Assembly: GCA_963701855.1 (NCBI GenBank)
Contig: CAVPBK010000006.1
Span: 1,280,001-1,344,000, forward strand
Direction of reading: 5' to 3'
DNA from: Nitrospirota bacterium
GTDB taxonomy: Bacteria > Nitrospirota > Nitrospiria > Nitrospirales > Nitrospiraceae
Length of the DNA stretch: 64,000 bases
Shown piece after piece: positions 61,090 to 64,000 of this stretch; position 1 is the stretch's first letter; the number at the start of each line of letters is the position of its first letter. Under the pieces are notes generated by a model. It was not told the origin of the DNA. It saw only the letters and a program-made list of their open reading frames with translations, and ran no database searches. The position numbers and the translations under genes were made by a program.

Positions 61090-61505
61090 TTATAGCGGGG
61101 TGGCCTGCTGGGTCTCCTACTGCGCGCAACTTTCTCATCCGCCCACCCACTGGCAGATATTTTCACCAGCCCTACCCTCCGATTGCTTCGCAATCGATTT
61201 CCCGAGACGTGCCAGTAGCCCGGGCGAGGGCCTTCCGATTTTCCCCGCTTTGCCCTCAGGGAAGCAGTCAGACTGTCCTTTACTACTATACGCGCATTGA
61301 GGGCGGCATCTTCTCATTCTTTTCTTCACGATCCCTTGTTTCTCATCGCGGGTGATCTACTCGATCTCCCATTGTGCCAACATTTCCCCTTTACATCCCC
61401 TTTAAAGAGAGCGGCCAAGGCTGCCCTTTACCTGCGCGCATCTAACGAGCGCATTCCTATCGTGCGCGTTCTGCGAGCAAGAGGAGCACCTGGCCGCTCC
61501 TTCCC
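61090..61505. repeat. Composite intergenic repeat element(s)
   Basis: Two related starts GTGGCC...CTACTGCGCGCA (61100) and GCGGCC...TACCTGCGCGCA (61411); TCATCCGCCCACCC resembles family B interior. Confidence 0.45.
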
Positions 61506-61592
61506 TCTTCCTTGACAAGAAAAAGAAGCAGAGACTATATTGAAAGTCCAATTGAAATCGCCGCATGCAGTGCAGGCAGGAAAGAGGGCGTT

Positions 61593-62123
61593 ATGGCAAT
61601 CGCGCAGATGGACCCAGCGGTCACGTTGGACAATCTACGGACCTCCAAGTCTGACAAGGTGACGATCGTGCTCCTGAGCGGCGATATGGATCGCGCGATG
61701 GCCGCGTTCATTATTGCCACCGGGGCTGCTGCCATGGGGATGCAGGTCACCGTCTTTTTCACCTTCTGGGGCCTCAATGCCATTCGCCGGAAAGGCTCGA
61801 GCAGTTCTGCCAAGGACTGGCTTCGTCAGATGTTCGGCCTGCTGAATAAAGGGGGCGCAGATGGCCTTCCTCTCTCGCGGTTCCATATGTGGGGGTTGGG
61901 CACGAAGATGATGCAAAAGGTCATGAAGCAGAATCGGATGCCGGGTGTGCCTGAACTCATGGAAACAGCGCTGGACCTCGGCGTTCACTTTATTGCCTGC
62001 ACAACCACCATGGGTCTGATGGGGATTACGAAGGATACGCTGATCGAGGGGATTGATCAGTTTGCGGGGGTGACCACCTATCTCGCGGAAGCCAAACAAG
62101 GCAACGTCAACTTGTTCATTTAG
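61593..62123 (+). CDS. DsrE2/DrsH-like sulfur relay protein
   Basis: SGDMDRAMAAFIIATGAAAMG..V.VFFTFWGL, IACTTTM. Confidence 0.92.
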   Translation: MAIAQMDPAVTLDNLRTSKSDKVTIVLLSGDMDRAMAAFIIATGAAAMGMQVTVFFTFWGLNAIRRKGSSSSAKDWLRQMFGLLNKGGADGLPLSRFHMWGLGTKMMQKVMKQNRMPGVPELMETALDLGVHFIACTTTMGLMGITKDTLIEGIDQFAGVTTYLAEAKQGNVNLFI

Positions 62124-62202
62124 TTTGTTTGGTTCATTTGGTGCGGGGCTTCAGTTAACTAAACAAACGAAATCAACCAACAAACCAGAGAAACGACACG
62201 CT

Positions 62203-62448
62203 ATGCCGCATGCCGATGTGAAGCTCGATACATTGGGGTACTTTTGCCCGATGCCGATTATCATGACCTTGAAGAAGATCAAGGAACTGACGTTGGGCCA
62301 GGTCCTTGAAGTCGTCTCGGACGACGAAGGCATCAAGAAGGATATGCCGGCTTGGTGCGACACAACCGGCCATCAGATGATTGGGCTCGAAGAAGAACAG
62401 ACGAAGTCGGGAACGATCTATAAAGCGTTTGTGAGAAAGACAAAGTAA
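62203..62448 (+). CDS. tusA: TusA-family sulfurtransferase
   Basis: LDTLGYFCPMP, LEVVSDD, DMPAWC. Confidence 0.88.
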   Translation: MPHADVKLDTLGYFCPMPIIMTLKKIKELTLGQVLEVVSDDEGIKKDMPAWCDTTGHQMIGLEEEQTKSGTIYKAFVRKTK

Positions 62449-62512
62449 TCGCACAGACAGACCTTTCGCAGACCGGAATCTTACATAAACGGTCTCAATG
62501 CCAACATAGCCT

Positions 62513-62768
62513 CAGGATGCTCAAAAGGGCCAGACTCCTCACCCGCCCAACCCTGGCGCGCCGAAATGCGCCTTGCCCCAAGCAAGGCCGCAGCGAGCGA
62601 AGAGGCGAGGAGGTACAAACCGCACTTCGTGTGGGCCGTTCGCCCTTGCGATGGATCTTGGCGAATGGATAAGCCCCGCCAGTGCTGCCGACCTCCGAGC
62701 GTCTCATTCGGTACGTTGAGCTTCTGAGGGATGCGAGAACGATACTGGTGGTCTTTTTCAGCATCCTG
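62513..62768. mobile_element. Miniature inverted-repeat element, family B
   Basis: Ends CAGGATGCTCAAAAGG / TCTTTTTCAGCATCCTG. Confidence 0.78.
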
Positions 62769-62780
62769 TTAGTGGAGAGA

Positions 62781-62825
62781 GAAGCCGGAGGGCTGAAGAT
62801 CAGACCTCCGGCTTCGTTATTTTGA
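62781..62825 (+). terminator. Hairpin terminator
   Basis: GAAGCCGGAGG...CCTCCGGCTTC followed by GTTATTTTG. Confidence 0.65.
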
Positions 62826-62844
62826 TTCTTTGATGAGGCAGGAC

Positions 62845-64000
62845 GTGGATCGAATCGTCGAGTGTGTGCCGAACTTCAGTGAGGGACGAAACCAGACGAC
62901 GGTACGTGCGTTGGTGCATGCCGTGGAGTCCGTGCCAGGGGTCTGGTTGCTGGACCACACGATGGATCGGGATCACCATCGCTCCGTCTTGAGTTTTGCC
63001 GGCGAGCCGGACACCGTCGCTGAAGCAGCCTTTCGCGCTATTCGCGTGGCGACTGATCTTATTGATCTTCGGAGGCACAAGGGCGTTCATCCGCGGGTGG
63101 GGGCAACGGATGTCGTGCCCTTCGTGCCGTTGCGCGGCACGACGATGCAGGATTGTATTCATCTGGCGAAGCGGGTGGGGCAACGGGTAGGAACAGAGCT
63201 GGAGATTCCAGTATTCCTCTACGAGCAAGCGGCTCTGCACCGCGATCATGCCCCGCTCGAATCGGTCCGTCGAGGCGGGCTTCAAGGCCTTGCCTTCCGC
63301 ATGGCCTCCGATCCTGACTGGACGCCGGATTTTGGTCCCTCCCGCCTCCACAAGACGGCCGGCGCCTTGGTGATCGGTGCGCGCCCTCCTTTGATCGCCT
63401 TCAATGTGAATCTCCGCTCGACGGACCTCGCGCTGGCCCGGTCCATCGCGAAAGACATTCGCCAATCGAACGGAGGGCTGCCCCATCTCAAAGCGATCGG
63501 CGTGGAGTTAGCCAGCCGACAAATGGTTCAGGTCGCTATGAATCTCACCGATTACATCATCACGCCTCTCCATGTTGCGTTTGAAGCGGTCCGAGCCCGC
63601 GCAGCCGGGAAAGATGTGGCAGTAGCGGGTTGCGAAGTGGTCGGGCTTGTGCCCCAAGCAGCGCTGGTTCAGGCCGCTGGGCATGGCCTAGCACTCGAAC
63701 AGTTCGATGCAACGCAGGTGCTAGAAATGAGATTGGAGACCCGGCTATCAGGTGAGTCCGCACGACAGACCCCGTTTCGCGAACAGCAGCCAGTTGATTT
63801 ACACGCACAGTCTGTCGTGGATTTTTTGGACACAGTAGCCGCAGCGACTCCGCTTCCGGCTGGCGGCACGGTGGCGGCCTTGGTGGGCGCCCTCGCGGCC
63901 TCGCTGGGGATCATGGGGGCGCGCCTCAGCCGACAACGAGGAGTGGAACATCGGCTGAGTGAAATCGGCCGGCGGCTTCGCGAGCTGATGCAAGAGGACG
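62845..64000 (+). CDS. ftcD: Glutamate formimidoyltransferase-cyclodeaminase (runs off window end)
   Basis: Manual translation: VECVPNFSEGR, D.DHHRSV, HPRVGATDVVPFVP, GARPPLIAFNVNL, later ATPLPAGGTVAAL. Confidence 0.95.
   Translation, partial: MDRIVECVPNFSEGRNQTTVRALVHAVESVPGVWLLDHTMDRDHHRSVLSFAGEPDTVAEAAFRAIRVATDLIDLRRHKGVHPRVGATDVVPFVPLRGTTMQDCIHLAKRVGQRVGTELEIPVFLYEQAALHRDHAPLESVRRGGLQGLAFRMASDPDWTPDFGPSRLHKTAGALVIGARPPLIAFNVNLRSTDLALARSIAKDIRQSNGGLPHLKAIGVELASRQMVQVAMNLTDYIITPLHVAFEAVRARAAGKDVAVAGCEVVGLVPQAALVQAAGHGLALEQFDATQVLEMRLETRLSGESARQTPFREQQPVDLHAQSVVDFLDTVAAATPLPAGGTVAALVGALAASLGIMGARLSRQRGVEHRLSEIGRRLRELMQED

Overview
Bacterial chromosomal window, most likely a Nitrospira (inferred from gene families and intergenic repeats, not from a search). 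Bases 1-7.9 kb are core genes (der partial, HAD nucleotidase, methyltransferase, leuS-lptE-holA, rpsT, pyrF, tRNA-His). Two decayed islands follow in tandem at tRNA-His, each ending in the same att-like 29-mer. Their cargo includes IS3 stubs, an FN3/repeat surface protein, an ADP-ribosylglycohydrolase, SmbP, an integrase-N/HAD fusion relic and a HEPN-motif protein. Next come an antiporter, an orphan secretin and a sigma54-preceded 1368-aa TPR/linker/TM protein. A ~10 kb envelope cluster (31.6-41.7 kb) carries DUF3332, DUF3015 x2 plus a relic, DUF4105/Lnb-like x2, PEGA-DUF3015, TRL and an OM beta-barrel. A GC-rich hopanoid C-2 methylase gene (hpnP) lies next to mlaA. The right part is mostly housekeeping (kbl, tdh, yceI, adh, hemD, epimerase, Kef-type antiporter, Rieske oxygenase, dsrE2-tusA, ftcD partial). 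Several miniature inverted-repeat elements occur, one inserted in frame in a signal peptide. No CRISPR array or rRNA was seen. All family calls come from motif recognition by eye.
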